A stretch of 64,000 nt of DNA from Pelomyxa schiedti (lineage: Eukaryota > Protista > Evosea): NCBI GenBank assembly GCA_020536535.1, contig JAHLWZ010000116.1:36639-100638 (forward strand), in the 5' to 3' direction. Positions 1 through 12,400 of the stretch are shown piece after piece; the stretch's first letter is position 1, and each line of letters opens with the position of its first letter. Position numbers and translations under genes: made by a program. A model generated the notes under the pieces. The model did not search any database and was not told the origin of the DNA. It was given only the letters and a program-made list of their open reading frames with translations.

Positions 1-3000
1 TGATGTGGCGGGTGCAAGAGGAGTGGCTATAAGTACAGGTGCCTCTGCGGGGAGGGTTGGGTGGTTCTTGGGCGATTTGGGTGTGGTTGTGGTTGCAGCT
101 GGGGTAGTGCGGGAGGAGCTGCTGGTAAATGATGCAGAGTGGTGAATCTGAGACGGTGGTGGTGCCACTGGGTGCTCATTGAGTGGCTTAAGGGAAAGGG
201 AAGCCGTTGATGTGGAAAGGGGATGTGTAATTGGTGATTCAGAGCTTCTGACCGGTGATGGGGGTTGCTTTTTATTTTATTGGTCATACTTTTAATCAAT
301 TGAGAGATGGTACATAAAATAGAGAGCTATAGTACACATTCCGTGACAAATCAGCTTTCTTGTAGGTTTTGGTTATATTGCATAGAATCCTTTGGCGCAA
401 AACGTATCTGGAACAACTTAGAAATAAAAGAGGCGTAAGATAAATACGGCTTAGCTGCAGCACCACCCTCATAAAGGGCCTGTGCTGCCCGATGAGCAGT
501 CATTGAAAGACTGCGCACAAGAGGGCCGAGGGTGAAGAGGCTCACTGTAACATCTTCAACAAAGGGCCCACATATTACAAGCTGTTAAGATATAAGTGAT
601 GACCGGTGTAGGAGGGGAACCTTTGGGTTTATATGGGTGGAAACTCTGTACAGTCCTGACGGGAGCGGGGAGATTATGAGCTTTTTTTGGTTGTTAGTCC
701 GATTTGTAAACCAGAAGCGTACTTTGACATCATGGAATAATGATTCTAGGCAACCGGTATCATAGTTACCATCCTCAGACCAAACAATAAGCACGTAATC
801 CTTTCCAATTAGCCGCTACAACGCTCCATTAGATTGGTTACAGAGCTGTATGGTACTTTTTTGTGTTGGTTCTGTTGCTGGTTCGGCATTTTTGAAGCTA
901 TGTGAAATACCACTTCAGAACTGAATGTAGCATAGTAAGGTGCTAAAACACCTTGAGTTTCTCTTATTGCATATCAAGACTTATGTTAGAAGTGCCTGTT
1001 GAGCCTTTCCTGTCTAGTCCACCAAGGAAGCCAGTGTGTGTGGCTACTTGAATATCCCAACCCAAGGTTGCCAAGAACGTTTGATACGCCTCTGATACCC
1101 GTACATTGGCGTAAATATCTTCTTCCATGAACTGCCCTGCCTTAGCATATACCACACCAATTTTCATGCACTCACGTCTGAACGTTGTAAAGATATTAAG
1201 GGTCACATAGAAGATATACTCGGGTTGCTGGTCAAGTTGCTTGATGGACTTGATCAAGGCCGGTGAATTATCAAGAGGAATGAGCACTCGTTGGCTTTGA
1301 ACAAAGCCAAGCTAGTTAAAGTGAAAAAAAATTTCTCAAAAAGGGAAAAGCACATGAGCAGCAAGCACTCGGCCAGCCCGGAACTGTGTTTGTAGAGCCT
1401 CCTTGAAAGGGGCTGGTGATTCTGCCCAGGTGCTTCCGGACAGTCTGGGTTGCACAATGTAAATAAAGGTGATGCACATTTCTTTGTACCCATATGATTT
1501 CTCCTGCAATTCTGCTTGTTCAGTATGGAGAATGTCGAGAATTCGAGGTACTTCCTCTTCACTGGCGTCAAGTTGTTCAAGGAACATGCTGAGTTGCTGA
1601 TACTGTTCAGATGTCATACTCAGACTTGGTTGGGTTAAAACCGTACAGAAGGCGTAGAAACTCGTACGATTTTGTTTTCCAATCTGAAGTCTTGGGGAGG
1701 AGCTTAGGGGGAATACTGGGTTCTTTCTTGGCACCACCTTCGTTGTTATCATTGTGTAAGTGAGACACCATTTAAGACCACATTACATGCATTTAGGGGA
1801 AGTTAATGGAACATAAGATAGGTGCCCTTGCCACACGTACTTCGCTGTTCTATCTCTTGCTATCAGTGTGGATACTAGTTCTAATGCAAGAACGTTACAA
1901 CTAATGATATGTTATGCCAAACTGAACCTCCATCTGTACTGAGAGAAGGAGTATCAATAAAGGAGATGATAATATTATCATCCATCATAAAGTATCTGAC
2001 AAGCTGGTGTGCATCACTCAGGGGTATATTAGAGGTCTCGCAGACTCGGGATAAAATCATCTCTTCCGTAATGCTTGCTGATATTCTCTCAGAGCCAGCA
2101 GCTTAAAATGTAAGGGGGGTGTCAGTACATCTAATTGCATACGGGAGGGAAAAGCCCCCAATTGATTCCCACAACAAAGTAATGTTGCTATTGCGGCATC
2201 CTTTTTGAGGAATTAATTGTAGCAGAGAAATGGAAAGTCACTCACCGTAATTGCAGGACTTTGTTTCTTCTTTGCATTTTTTTGGTTCTGTAAATAACTT
2301 AGAAAGCAAACAATCATATAAATGTTACAGCTACCAGTGAGGGAATTCCCAGAACTGCTACTTCTATGAGAGTTGCCAATGTACGTGGATTGGCGAATAC
2401 CCACTTACTCTCATCAGCCATGGCCCAAGTTGTTATGCATCTGTAGCTCTCGGAAACAACCTGCTCAGAAGATGAAGGATCTTCTAAGAGAGCTCTGATT
2501 AACTGTGACAGCTGGGCAACCATCTGTTCAGCAAACTGAAAGAAGATTACTAAAAGAACAAAATAGCGTTTTGTACTTGATCAACTCTTTCTATGTACTG
2601 GTACTTGATGACAACTTCTGTAAGAGTATTGAGTGCACAACAGCATACATCAGGAGTCCATTTTAAAGCTACTAACTACAATGACTGTCAAACACATTGC
2701 AGCAAATGGGATACATTTTTCAAAATAAGATGTAGTATAGACCAAACAAGCAATGGGCCTGCCTGCGGCCCGGCCTGTTGGGCTGGTGTACCAGATTTCA
2801 CACGGTCGTAGGAGGGAACAAATTCCAATATAAAGACCAGAGATAAACTGGCAGAGCATACGATTAGACTAGTGATACAGAAAAGTAGAGACATCAACAA
2901 TGAACCTCAGCAAGCATTTAAGATTTGAAGAACTAATTTCATTGTCGATCCCCACAAGAAGCATTGAACCAATGCTCAGCTCTAAATCATAAAAGGATGC

Positions 3001-5098
3001 AACAGTTTGGTCACCCTAAAAAAAATTAGGGTGTCAAATGTTGAGCACATACTCCAAGTGACGAGTCCTTGGGAAACTGGGTGTTTTGATATCGGCAGGC
3101 ATAGCATAGTATATGGCACAGAATGTTTAGACAAGCACGCCTCACGGTTTCTACTGGCATACCACATCGGTATGTTGAGGGATTCTAGGAAATGTAAGCT
3201 GATAAATGTTGCATAGTTGTGTGCCTGCTTAAGTATCCGAGAGATAGCATGAATATAGAAAGGAATAAGAATTTTGTATCCAGTAATTTCTGTGGGTATA
3301 AGATTCTATCAAAGCTTCAACACATACTGAGAATTTAGGGTTAAAACCTGTGAGTGAAGTAGTAATGAAATGAGGGTCATGTTTTTAGCATCTCCTGTTT
3401 CGAGTGCCTAATTTGGGGTAAATCTTCCTAAGTGACGTCTAATCAGTAGGGTACAGCTTTAGCAGCCCCTAAAAAGCCAGCAATGTACTTAGGAGAAATC
3501 ACACATCTCTTGCAGGTAAAGAATATTTTGCATAATCCCTCGATTGCAAAAGAAGTTCCGTCCTCATATCTTAACTCTAATTACAAAAAAAAATATCTCC
3601 ACTCCATGGTTTTACCCAGGCCGATTCGTTATAACAGCCTCAAAAAGAGCTCCCCCAAATATATTCAAAATTGTGTTGCCATCAGGGGCACCAGGTGTGG
3701 AGTTTTGCACGATTTGTAGGAAGTCCTGCATGAAAAATAAGGTTACTTTGTTTTAAACGAGCGGTACCTCAATGCATATGCAAAGACCACTGATTGCTAC
3801 ACGATAATTGTTTGGAGAAGGTATCTGAGCCACACTACCAGGTAGGTCTGCACAGAAGTCAATATGACTACATCAGGTGAAAAAAAGAAAGGGTACGCAA
3901 AAATCTTTGCCAGATGTAGAATATGTAGTCATCACTTACATCAGTGACAGCTGAAATGGTTGCACTAGGGCCAGTGAAAACAACAACAAAAATTATAGCA
4001 TTACCTAACCCATATGTGGACAACTGAGGGGGGATCTGGTGTGTAAAGTCGTGCAAGCACTGAACTTGTGAGTGCACTACATGTAGCTGCCCATTGACTT
4101 ATCACTGCCAAGTGCATATTCCTTCCACTGTTACTCAAAAAAAGAATGTTCGGACCAGACCAGTTTTTGTGGAGTTTGAAAAAAGTATTCCACAGATCAA
4201 CATTCATGTTTCCAGAAGTCAGCCATGCCTCGTACAACACCTTTTCTCGGTGAATACTACTCACAAAGAGGAAAGAGTCTGAACTGCTATAAGCCTATCA
4301 GCTATCAAGTCACCACAGCTTTCCTCCTCAAAGTTACTTGTGCACAGTAAAGAATCTGACATCCCCATAAGTAGCTTTAATATAACCTAATCTGGTTTGT
4401 GAATAGTACCAGCACGGTTAGACGTACCTCCCAAGTTTCAGGCCGTAATTTTAGCTTTGAAACAATGGAAAAGGTATTCAGAGCTCTTAGACATAAGTTG
4501 ACATGAGTGTGTACATCATCTCGGACTTTGGTGCGATTGGAAAAGAGAAGTGAGAGGTGTTTCAGACAAAGCTGCGGATCTCCAAGTGAGTATACAATTA
4601 CGATTTACGGAAGATATACCACATAGTATGCATCGAGATTATCTCTTATCCATGCTGGTTGGCGATCCATAGGTGACTGGATCCACTTTGTGTACAGCTC
4701 AATGCATTGAGTAATGAGTGTATGATCACCAAGGGGAAGTCTAAACCCCTGCCCAATGCACTCCATCACCCTTTTATGCGTTGGTTATTAGGAAACGGAA
4801 AGGGGTTCCACACCAAAAAACATGTGATTGTGTTGGGAGCAAAACGGAAATGTTTATTCCACTTTGCTCAGATCCCATAAAATAGGTCACTACATTGCTG
4901 ACAATGATGCGTTGCACACTGATAGGAAACACAGTATTAAGAATGTTTGTTTCTGAAGTCATAGTCAAAACAAGAAAACAAGAAAAAAAAAGAGCAAGAG
5001 GAAGTGCCATCAAAGGGAAAGATCAAGAACAAAGGGAGCCAGTACTAACCAGGGTTGTGTAACAATCCCGTCACGTGTGCCACCCAGTCCAAAAACAT
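1..5098 (-). CDS. RALGAPB: Ral GTPase-activating protein subunit beta-like (RapGAP-fold), multi-exon; 3' end runs off the window start
   Basis: N-terminus MFLDWVAHV...HVFW|VMECIGQGFRLPL...CIELYTKWI resembles RalGAP-beta. The C-terminal RapGAP domain reads RECMKIGVVY...FLGGLDRKGSTG|VLAPYYATFSSEVVFHI...KKRLIGKDYVLIVWSED. A P/S/T-rich last exon is open to position 1. Confidence 0.8.
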
Positions 5099-5617
5099 CT
5101 TGTCTTAGCACGAAAGCACGTGTCGTAGATCCGGCCTCTCACCCACCTCGTGCACTCACCGCCGCTTGGATGTATTTTATTTTCTTTTCTTTTTGTTCCT
5201 GTGTTTTCGTCTCGTTCCTCCATCTTCAACGTCTCGTTCCGACGTTTTGATCGCCAGATCGTGATGAGGAGAATCTCTTGGTCTCCTTACTTCTCAGGAA
5301 GGAGCTAAGCAATCACCTACTGGGCATGTTGTTATGGTGTGTTTCCTGCAGGACCCGCGCCAGGAGACTCAGAGACTCAGACCTTCTCCGGCCATCATTC
5401 TTTGAAGGAAAATCAATGTCCGATTTGTTTTGGGGTAAAAATTTGACGTTCTGTTCGGCCTTGGGACGTTTCACGGTGACATGTCATTGGGGTTTTTCGC
5501 TTTTCCGAGCTTTTAAAAACCGGACACCCAGAACCAACGAGAAAAAAACAAAAGCAAACAACAAAGCCCGAGAGACTATAGAGCTTAAACAAACAAACAA
5601 AGAACATAACAACAAAC

Positions 5618-6321
5618 ATGAAGGCAATTGTTGCGTTATTGTTGGTTGGATTGGCATTGGTTGTTGCCCAGCAGGTTGGCTTCCGTTTCCCAATGCTTTT
5701 CTTACTTACTCTTTCCTTCTTTTTCTTTCATTTACAGGCATGCACTTATACAACCGTTGGAACCAATGGTGAAACTCTTCAATACGATTTGTCCCCATTG
5801 ACATTGACTGGGTATGCGCTTTTTTTCTCGGTTTTTCTTGTTTGTAACATTCCACAACACCTACAGTGAGAACTACATGATCCAGGACGAGAAGAACAAC
5901 AAATACTTGCTCAACATTTGCGCAAATGCCACGTCCGGATGCACTCCTGCCCAGGCCGTGTGTCAGCAGGCCTCAAACACAAGGTACTACGGATGTGGTA
6001 TCCTCAGCACCCAGAAGATAACTGACGGAGGTTAGTCGTTTCGTTTACTAAGAATGAACAACAAACCAACACCAAATTGTAGAATCCGGACCTGACAGTG
6101 GCGTGACAGTGTGGTACGGCGAGGGCACATCATGCAGTGGATTAATCGACCGTGCTACTACTATATACATTGGATGCAGTCCCGACACTGAGACTGTAGT
6201 CTATGATGTTATGGAAGCCTCCAGCTGCCAATACTCTATGTGTGTATTTCGAATTCAATTCCATTTTCTAAACTGTCCCCAAACCAGATGGATGAAGAGC
6301 AAGTATGCCTGCCCTCTGTGA
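5618..6321 (+). CDS. Secreted single MRH (mannose-6-phosphate receptor homology) domain protein, 5 exons
   Basis: Signal peptide MKAIVALLLVGLALVVAQ, then YDLSPL, YLLNICA, AVCQQ, YGEGTSC, RATTIYIGC and E-x3-CQY-x-WMKSKYACP motifs; no TM segment. Confidence 0.85.
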
Positions 6322-6774
6322 TTGCCAAGATACACCAAACAAGTGCCATCAGTAGTGTTTCTTTTTACCACACCAAATGACAAATAAATTATTGGAGGAA
6401 TGAAAAACAAAACTGGGTTTTTGGAAAGTTTTTTTCTTTAATTTTGAAGCTGTGTGTTTACACACAGGATACAAAAATTGGGACTGGCCAGTGGCCTGAG
6501 TCCACGAGGCATTGGAGTTAGTTTGCAATCAGCAAAAAATCTACGCCATCCCTTACGGTCATCAGCTGTAGAAATACCCCAAGCGCAAGAACTGAGAAGA
6601 AAACTCCTCAAGCCCCGCGCTTTTTGTACGTCAGGCGGTGTCCAAGAAATTGTGGGAAGGGTTTCTTTCAGTTCTCTGAAAGACTGTCAAACAAACGAAA
6701 TAAATTCTTTTTGATTGGAATCAGGCAAGGTGACACGTGTGCGTGGCAGGAGCGAACACAGACAAGGAAAACAA

Positions 6775-8119
6775 ATGTGTATGTGCTGAGGTACGAGATC
6801 TGGAGATCTCGTTGCGCTGCGGTGGCTCTGTGTTATTTGTTGTACCGCCCTGTTGTTACGCATTGCGTTGTATTCATGTCTCCTTCATGAAGTGTTCTTT
6901 CAACCCACCCTTTTTTTTTTTCCCAGCATGGTGGAAGGGGACATTGGGAGCGGCATTTGGTGGGATAAAGAAAGCGATTGACTCTGAGCAACAGGCTATT
7001 GCCGCTGAGGAGGAGTCTATAAGAGCGTCAAATGTGTGGGACCCTGATCAATTGTCCCGTGCTGCAAAGACTGGTGTGCACAGTAGCATAAATTCCTTGT
7101 TTTGTAACTGACTTACAGTAAAACTGCCTTGGAATGAATTGGATTCTGTCCCAGAACAGTTTAGGAATGTGGCTCGGGGAGATATAATCAAACTTGCCAC
7201 TGTGTGTTCTTTTGTGCCTCAGCCCCAATAACTATTTAAAAGGACCAACACGCACTTCTCAATGCTCCTCCAAGCGTTCCTGGATTTGAATTCGACTATA
7301 ATTCAATTGTTCCAGTGGCATTCGCTTGTCTAGGAGCTGACGCACTGTTATCCAAAACTAGGACATCTCTCGTACCAAAGCAGTAGCTTCCCATCTTTAT
7401 TGCTTGCAATTCGTCGTAATGCAGCCATAAGGATTTCTGAGGAAAACTTTTGGCATAATTACTTCTTACGAATTCATCTCATCAAGGCGTCATACCAAAA
7501 GGCATCCAAAGCAACAAGTACTTCGACAACAAAGATTGAATCTTTGCTGCCCGAACCACCAGCAACTTCTCCTGCCATGTTTCCAGCTCCACCCTCCACT
7601 CTTCCCGCTACTCTCCCACAAACAGCCACTGCACCTACTGAGGAGACCTCCACAACGGAGTTTGTGAGTGACTCTCTGGATGGACATCAGAATAATAATG
7701 GTATTACCCCACACTTTCCGTAACTCATGGCAAAACAGTGCTGTGGGCGTCGTCGAACACTTGGGATGAAATAAAAGTGGCACTTGAAGAGCTTAACTTA
7801 CCAGCGGCAACCCCTCAAACACCTCCATCAAACACAACAACACCAACAACCACAACCGAAGCAAGCCCTGATAAAAACTCCACGGCTGAAACACCACAAA
7901 TCACTCCAGCAGAAACTGCCACAACTGTGTCGGTTTCCACAGATACCACTCCAAGCACAAACAAGTCTGATAACACGGAAGCAGCAAATGCTACCACCCC
8001 TGTAGAAGAAGGTAATTCGGTCTCACATAACCTTTGTATTTAATCTTACTTTGTCTTTAATGCAAATAGATTGGGAGAAGGCAATAGAATTGGAGCTATC
8101 GACAGCACAAGACTCCTAA
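6775..8119 (+). CDS. BSD domain protein (SYAP1/Dos2-like)
   Basis: A 4-nt first coding exon ATGT spliced to CATGGTGG gives MSWWKG; LPW motif; RTSLVPKQISEENFWHNYFLRIHLIK (BSD FW-x2-YF); C-terminal EEDWEKAIELEL. Confidence 0.85.
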
Positions 8120-8212
8120 TGCCGTACCTTTTTTGTGTAAATTAAATAACAATCAGTATACTCTTACTTGCAAATACTGATGTACGTGTATACATAGATA
8201 TCAGTTTAGTTA

Positions 8213-9036
8213 CTAGAGGTATGACTGCACAGTCTCATTTATTGGTCTCCTTGGTGTGCGTTTTGGTGAAGGCCCTCTTTGGTACCCAATGGAAATTATG
8301 GCCACAGGGACCTATCAAACCAACACCAATTCATTCAGAATTAGGAAAGGATAATAGTAGGATGCATTCACCTGCTTTTTGGTGAGGTGCAGTATTGATT
8401 GAACTTCGCTCTCTGAAAAAGCACCCACCCACACTGAGGATAACCCCAGTGCATTAGCAGCCAATTGTGCATATCCAGCAGCAAGAGTTGCTAGAAGAAA
8501 AATATTTCTGAGTATCAAACAAGCACAACTCATACACAAAACACAGAATAGGATAACTTCCTAGGAACAGAAACCAAAAACAAAGCAAAACAAAACAAAA
8601 CAAAAGCAAAGCCAACACACCGTCCTGTATAGCATACATCGAGCCTCTCTCAGCATACTTGGTCTCATTGAGGGAAGGATCAGCCCAGAACACCAAGCAC
8701 AAAGGGGCCTCAGACACAAAGGGCTGGTCCAACGCAGCAACGCACAGCGCCTCCTTCATCTCCGCATTCCTCACTGCCGCAATCCCATACCTATATATGC
8801 CCCCCCACGTATAGTCAGCCACATTCATTATGTCTATATATATACTTGGATGCATGTGTGTTGTGGGGTGGGGTGTTGTTTGTCGAATTCGTCCATACGC
8901 ACGCCTGTATGTTGCCGGCGGACGGGGCCCTGATGGCCGCGGCGAGGATCGAACCCTCGACCTCTGGGGTGACCTCCTTCGTGTCCACGAAGTGCCTCGT
9001 CGAGTGCCGCGACTCCACACAGCCAAACAGATCCAT
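8213..9036 (-). CDS. Nitroreductase family FMN oxidoreductase, 4 exons
   Basis: SRHSTRHF, AAAIRAPSAGNIQA, APLCLVF, YAIQDATLAAGYAQLAANALGLSSVWVGAF and PVAIISIGY motifs. Confidence 0.93.
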
Positions 9037-9449
9037 TCCGTTCGTGATGAATCCGCGAATTGGGTGATTGTGGGAAGCTGCGCATCTCCACAAAGATGGA
9101 TAGTAAGGGGAGGTTAGTGAGTGTGCCTGGCAGACAGCAGGGAGGCGAGATTCAGAGACTGAGCCCCCTCTTCATATTTCCTGATGAAATCTCCGAATGG
9201 CATTTTTAGTCACAGGCCAGGGCTTATAAGGCCACAAAAAATGGGCCAAGGCAGCAGCCACAGCACCGGATTAGCGACAAAGGGAAAAAAAAAAAAAAAA
9301 AGAAACACGTACATACGCAATTCATTTGGAGACCATTGGTGCTGACACGCGTCCGTTATTTTTTTTTTTCCCTCCTTTTTTTTTGGGCTCATTGTAAAAC
9401 ATACAGCTTTTGAAATAGTTGGTGGTTTTTTTTTTATTGAGGGCACGAG

Positions 9450-12400
9450 ATGAGTCGACTGGACAAATTGTTGCTTCTGTTGGACTGTAATTCTTCTTCC
9501 CTCTTTTGCCTTGTTGTGGCAGTTGCAGACCATAACTTCATTGTAATGTTCATCAGCTGGCACCACCAGAGCTGTAAGGCAGGCTGCTGGTGCACAGATT
9601 GCATGGCTGCATAAGTGTGATCAGGCCAGACTCTCACACTACCTTAATCGCGTAATTCTGCATCCCCCCCGCAAGCATAATTCATAATGATCAATGACAG
9701 CTTGCACCTCTTTTGCACAGTAAATCGTGGGACTCGAGAATTGCCGCTGCGTACACCCTTGGTATGATAGCTTCTAATGTGCCTGCATGGCCCCCGTCTT
9801 TGGTTACACAGCAGTCAACATCGACCTGTCCTGGGTCCCCTAATTCCACTGCATCTCCACCCAGCACCAAACCGATTCAGAGGTTGAGTCAATTTGATGT
9901 AAATAAAGTCATCCACAGCAGAAAACTTTTGCTTGCTTCTATTAATTCTGTAATTCCTCGTATTCATACCTTTTTCTATTGACAGTTCACAGGCTGATCC
10001 GGGAAGAACAACACCTCCAGAGGATTGTACCGGTATTGGTACTTAATGTAATTCCCCTCATATTTTGACCTTAGAAGGCCTTATCCCCTTTGGTGTATCT
10101 GCTCTCCCTAATGCACCCAAGAGAAGAAGAACGTATAGTGTCTCCTTATCTTCCCTTAGCACTAATTCGTCCCAGGACTATACCTCCACCCAAAGTATCT
10201 GTTCAAAGCAGTTCGCCTGTGCCGCAGGTACTTGTGCCTGTGGCCTTTTTCTTTTTTTTTTTTTTTGTTAAAAAAAGAAAAAGAATGCACCAAGTGCACG
10301 GCAACTTGCTGCAGCAAAACGGAAGGCAAGAATGCAACAAAACCAACAGTTACCAGTGCCATTAGCCCCAAGGTAAAACCGCCACTACTCCTTTCACTCA
10401 AGTACCTCAAAGCCATTGTTCACCTCCTTCACCACATCCAATTGTCAAAGAAGGTAATACCCAAGTCCACTTCTTCTGTTAATCTTCCCAGAAATGCGAA
10501 TTGCTATTACTGATCAGCCCCAAAGCTCAAAAATTGTTGTTGAAGCTGTAGAGTCATCTCTGGTTAAACCGACACTCACTGTCATTTTCTAATGTAATGC
10601 AGGCTTTTGAATGGCCGTTCACAAAGTTTTGTGGAATGTTGTTCACAGATCTGTTCAAGTTAAGTTCAAATTATCTTTGTCTTTCTTTCTAAAGATAAAA
10701 TCAGCCCCACATGGGAAGTGAGGCATGGTGCTTCAGTGGGGTTACGCGAGATTCTCAGGTACCACGCCAATTCTGCCGGCAAATTGGGTATGAAGTTGGT
10801 TGCGTTTGGTATGAATTTATTTGTTCAGTTGATGGAGGAAATGAAGAACGAGCTCAGCAGAATCAGGATTGGCTCGAGGATTGTTCTGCCAAGTTATTAA
10901 CTGTATTCGCACTGGACAGATTTGTTGATTTTGTGTCTGATCAAGTACACTATCTGCGTTCCGTTCTGCTATATAATTTAAATGATATCTATCAGGCAGT
11001 TGCACCAGTAATTGAGACTTGTGCCCAAGTATTGGCCTTTGTCGTTAAGCACATGGGCCATGTTCCTACGTTATCTCTGGTTGGTTGCTTGCTGCAACTA
11101 CAGGAAAACACTGATTGGCGGGTAAATTGACTTCCATGTTAGTTGTTTTTTTAACCTTTCCCAAGGTCAGAATGAATGGTCTACTGGGTCTAAAATATGT
11201 GGTTGCCGTTAGAAGTGATTTAGTTGTCGAAATCCTTCCCAAAGCAATAGATTCCCTCCTCTCAAGGTAGAACAATGCTTCTTTCACTTCGACCAAGTAG
11301 ATATATCGCGCCCAGGTTCTCTGACGGGATTGATGATGTTAGGGCAGTTTCCGCTGACACTCTTCTTCCAATGGCTCAGCATTTACCCCTATGCCCACAA
11401 TTCCCCAAAATATTAGCTGTACTCTGGGGAAGTCTGGTAGATTTGGATGATTTGTGCTCTTCCACAGCTTCTATCATGAACTTACTGGGTTTCTATCCAG
11501 TCGCTTTATCCTTTATTCTCACCTCTGGTACTAGCTGCTCTTTACTCTACCCCTTCTGTATCACCCTCTCCAATTTCCAAGTACAATGTGTATATTGTTG
11601 ACGATTAACCTTATTGCGTTTAGTAACCGTCATCTGTTGGCTGAGTACCTTCCTCGCCTTTTGTCTCTCTACAAGCACAATATTTCCTCCGTCAGGGTAG
11701 CAGCGTTACAAACCACAGCAAGGTTACGCTCGTTACTCATTCTGTTAGATTGACGTGGGTTTCAATATAGGTTATTGAAGTCGGCAATAGATGCAAAAGG
11801 GATAGATCCAATTCCTCCGGAAACATTAGTCTCTGTGCTAGGATATGTGTATCAGGCAATAGTCGGTTGTTCAGATTTTTTTACCCTTCCTATAACATTT
11901 CATCAAGAAAGCAAGGTACTTCTAATTACCCATCCAAAGCACTAAACACAACAAAGTTAATTGTGGAGCAAGCGCAAGCAGTGTGGGAAGTAGCATTGGG
12001 TCTTCCTTCACAACAAATCGTCGCTGCTACATCAACTCTATTTCTAGCTCTTTTCTCAATTGCCTCACAATGCATAACAATCAACCCACATCAACTGAAA
12101 AATACCCCCTCTGTGCCTGACCATTCCGTACAAGTCGTTACTGTACCTCTTGACCCTCTCATCTCTGCTTCCCATGCACTTGGTGTTCTCACAGCTGTTT
12201 ACACAAAAGAGGTTCTTTTGGCTCTGTCACTTGAAAGTTCTTATCACTTAAAGCATAGAGAAACTCCCTGTTACACTGTATTGCATCAAGCAATTCAATC
12301 TGGGTCTGCATTCCAGACGTTGTGCGCATGCATTCTTTTAACAGAATGGGCTGAATGCAGCTCCAAGGTACTTCAGTTTTAGGGATCGGTACCAACTGCC

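Noticed and set aside
6550-6665. Faint 5S rRNA resemblance (tacggtcat...gaactgagaagaaaactcctcaagcc...gtac)
   Set aside because: Helices II and III cannot be paired by eye; a cmsearch with the Rfam 5S model would be needed.
8795-8875. Imperfect hairpin in nitroreductase intron 1
   Set aside because: Low-complexity pairing (C/G runs, TA repeat) with no snoRNA boxes identified.
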